A DNA stretch of 64,000 nt from Raillietiella orientalis (Eukaryota), in contig JAYWIR010000024.1 of assembly GCA_036172245.1 (NCBI GenBank), forward strand, positions 2,914,001 to 2,978,000, read 5' to 3'. The position numbers and the translations under genes are program-made. Under the pieces are notes generated by a model, which was not told the DNA's origin, made no database searches, and was given only the letters and a program-made list of their open reading frames with translations. Position 1 is the first letter of the stretch, and each line of letters opens with the position of its first letter. Positions 60,791 through 64,000 of the stretch are shown here, in pieces.

Positions 60791-62789
60791 GCCGTCCCGC
60801 CCTACCCGCTCACCTCGTTGCAAAGTGCCGTACCATTTTTCATGCATGTAATTTCTGAAAAATGGAAATGCCACAGGCAAAATGTACTTTTTGTGTTTCA
60901 TGAGCGCGCCGTAATGAAACATTGAAAAGGAACATATTTATCCTTTTGTATGCAATTATACATGTGTGTTGGTATTACCTGCTTTCATGATCGAGTTTAG
61001 CCAATTATGCGAGGGAAGCCGGAAGAGATTTATCCGTTAAATTATTTCAAACTGCCACAAAGAAGGAGATCATGATTCATCTTTTATATGCTCTTTGTGT
61101 CTCCTGCTCCCAGAGTAAGGAACAAAGTATATCAAAATTCCCGAGCGCTTAAGAGCCCTTGACTTTTTTTTTTTTTTTTTTTTCCCCTTCTTCTTCTGCC
61201 ACGAGCGTTTGATAATTTGGAATCGCTCCGGAATGTGAAAGCACATTCCCGTCCTCAAAGTATGGGAATTCATGACGAGCATCCGTTCTGGTAAGAAGAT
61301 AATAATAACGCTAATAAAGAAAGTGAATTCAGTCCGTGTTTACAAACAGACCAAGATCTACAGATTGCCGATCTGAGTCAAGCTGATTACTCATAAGTGG
61401 AACATCAGATACAGACGAACGCTGATGTGCACAGTTGCAAAAGAGGGCATTCCCGTAACATGTGTTATCCGGAGTAGAATCTCCTGCGTGAGTCAGAAAT
61501 TTGGGAAAATGTTTTCCTCCTCCTCCTCCTCCTTCTCCTCAGAAGTACGTCTTAATTCAGGAGAAGGCTTTAATTACAACTTTTCGTGAGTTCAGGGAAG
61601 GAAGATTCTCGCGCGGTATGACGACGACCACCGGGATATCCGAACTGACCATTGCGTGGATCCCGGGGACGCGAAGGATTGCCCTCGCCGGTCGCGCGCT
61701 TCCCGGAATTTCCTTCCCGTCACGTGGTGGTGGCGAAAGGCAACCACTCCGCTTTGCGTTGCGAGCTGTTTGCATGTTGTTCCCCTTCGGAGACAACCAG
61801 GGTGGGAGGTGCGATCCCCCCCCTCCAAGCGCGCGAGGAACGGACCCCGAGCCCTTCCGGGGTGGACCCCCCCTCCCGGGGTGCCCCCTATCCTGAAGAA
61901 TTGCGCGCACTTGACGCTTTGCATGACGCGTTGCGAGCTTGCATGATGCAAACTGTTTTCTTCCCGTTTCGTGTCTCTTGTGCGCGTTCGTTATGGTGCG
62001 ATGACGCAGCAGTCGGGCGAGATTAATGTTCACGTGCGACTTCCGCGAAAATTAAGTTTCAACCGAAAGACACGAAGGCGGTCGGTAAACAAACAGCATC
62101 TCAGAGTCGTGGCCCCAGATTCGCGAGCCCCGTGGAGGACGGCCGACGAGTCCCCGATTTCGGGAGGTGGCTGGTCCATCTCCTTGCCACGTGGTGGTGT
62201 TTGCGCGCTTTGCTCTAGCAAGAGTTTGAAGGCCGTCTTTCACCGATCCCCCCCCCCCCCCCCGCGCACACGCACACACTTCGACTGCAGTGCTTGGTGT
62301 TCCTGCCGAGGTGTCATGATTGGTTGCACATCTCTGCGGCGTTCCCCCCCTCGCAACTGTGTAAGCAGAAACGAGCCAAGCGATGCACAGAGCAAGCAAG
62401 CGCGCAGCCGAAGGCGGAAGCTGTCGGTTACCATGTTTATGAAGTTTGCGACAAAACTTCGTAATCATAAAATAGAAGAAAACATTTTACAAGGGATGAC
62501 GTCGCAGCAGCAGAGTGGTCTTGCTTGCCCGAACCGCGTGCTTCGCCGGTCGATTCGACGCCGGACTTCCAGCAGCATTTTCAAGATAACAGCACAGCAA
62601 AAGAGTTTTTTTTGGGGGGGGGGGGGGGCACTTCTTGTAGGGCCTTAAAAGAACGGGCAGCTCGGATCATATCCTGTTTGTTTTCGTGCGCCTAGTAGGC
62701 CTTTATTCCCCACAGCCGTGATACGTGAATGTAAGAAAAGGATCTACACCAACTGGTCTTCCCATAAATGTTAGTCCCTTTCATTTGCA

Positions 62790-62825
<36 letters not shown>

Positions 62826-64000
62826 GGCAGTGTTGTTGTCGGAGCATCTTGCGTTTGCTCTCCAGAAGATTTTATTTCGCGAGGGATTTCTTGTGCGTGT
62901 AGGTATGTAAGAATCTGCGACGGAAATAGCAAGGCTTGTATGAGCCCCAACCGCAGCAGCAAAGGGGAAGCAAGAAGAAGAAACAAGTAGCAGGAGCGTT
63001 TTTCTGCTTGCATCATCGCGTGTGTGCTCTTCTAAAACACGCCACCTTTTCATGAGTTGTCGAAGGTGTAACACACATAACATCATGGGCTCTTGGGGCC
63101 AGGCAGAACAAGATCCAGAGGAGGCAAAACGACCGCCGTTTTTTTTTGTGTTCCGTAACGGGTAGCGTCTCGAGAACACCACCTACGGAGGTGCGAGCAC
63201 TACGCACCCGTTCTCCGTTCTATGCATCACTCGCGGTCGTGGAGCCACGATTCGAGATGGCTCCTTCCCGTGTTCATCCAAGCCCTGCTCCCTCTCCCAA
63301 ATCGGCAGAGGTGTAGATTCTCGATTTGACCACGTTTCTTTCTTCTCGCCTTTTCTCGTGTACTCTTTTCTTTTCTTTTCTTTCTTTTCGTGTTTTTGGC
63401 CATAACCAGCCCCAACGTGCCTTCGTTTTTTCATGTGCCTGTATTGGAGGAAGGGAAAATCCGACACTTTTTTTTTTTTTCCCCCGTCACACTGCAGCGC
63501 CCTCTGACGGATGCTCCGTAGAATTTCATTCATACTTATACCAGCATTTGGGAATTTCCACATTCGAGCCCGTTTTGGTTACCCTTGACTCCTTCCTATC
63601 AAGCGAATATCGAAGGAAGATGCTGCAGCTCCTCCTCTCTCCCCGTGCTTTCCGAGTGCTGCTTCCCCGATCGATGAGTACACTCGAAAGGGTTCCTTGG
63701 GATCGGGACGCCGTGAACTCTGCGTGGAGCCAGAATGGTCACCGACCACTCTTTCTTAGCCCCGTCTCCCATTCGAAGGCTCTTCAGCACGATGATGATT
63801 TGAGCATGCGAAATCACGAGCTTGGAGATCCCCGCGAATGTTGGGGACGTTCGATCGGTGCCGATTCACTTCGGGAATCGCAGTGGGGGAGAGGGGAGGG
63901 GGAAAGTCTCACCTTCGCTGCGTGTTTTTCAGTGGATGCACGATCGCAGAAGACGGATGGAGCTTATCTGAATCACGGAGGTTCCTCTGTTTGTTTTTTT

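Noticed and set aside
1..64000. CRISPR arrays, tRNA/rRNA genes, prokaryotic operons
   Set aside because: No regularly spaced repeats or structural-RNA signatures seen; spliceosomal introns and microsatellites indicate animal nuclear DNA.

Overview
Eukaryotic (invertebrate animal-like) genomic DNA with two recognisable, convergent protein-coding genes. (1) A + strand CLCA-family gene (11 exons recovered, 1316-5322; 5' exon(s) not found in the window). It has a degenerate zinc motif (HEWIK), a degenerate MIDAS, a single TM helix and a C-terminal PDZ-type motif. (2) A - strand RGM/hemojuvelin-family gene with an intronless CDS (16104-17309) in which the GDPH autocleavage site reads GEPH. Roughly half of the GC-rich first 41 kb, plus a block near 50-53 kb, appears to be heavily decayed relics of one non-LTR retrotransposon family (Vingi/ingi-like). 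These were recognised by eye from ordered APE/RT/C-terminal motif remnants, so their boundaries are approximate. A 1.19-kb segment carrying a candidate signal-peptide first exon is present twice (~99% identical), each copy apparently embedded at the same position of a different, otherwise unalignable LINE relic. Other signals: a uORF whose stop overlaps the RGM start codon, duplicated CTCF-like sites between the convergent genes, a perfect 21-bp hairpin beside a candidate first exon, and an abrupt GC-content drop near 41 kb. Most long ORFs in the supplied track are GC-driven shadow ORFs. No tRNA, rRNA, CRISPR or prokaryotic features were seen.
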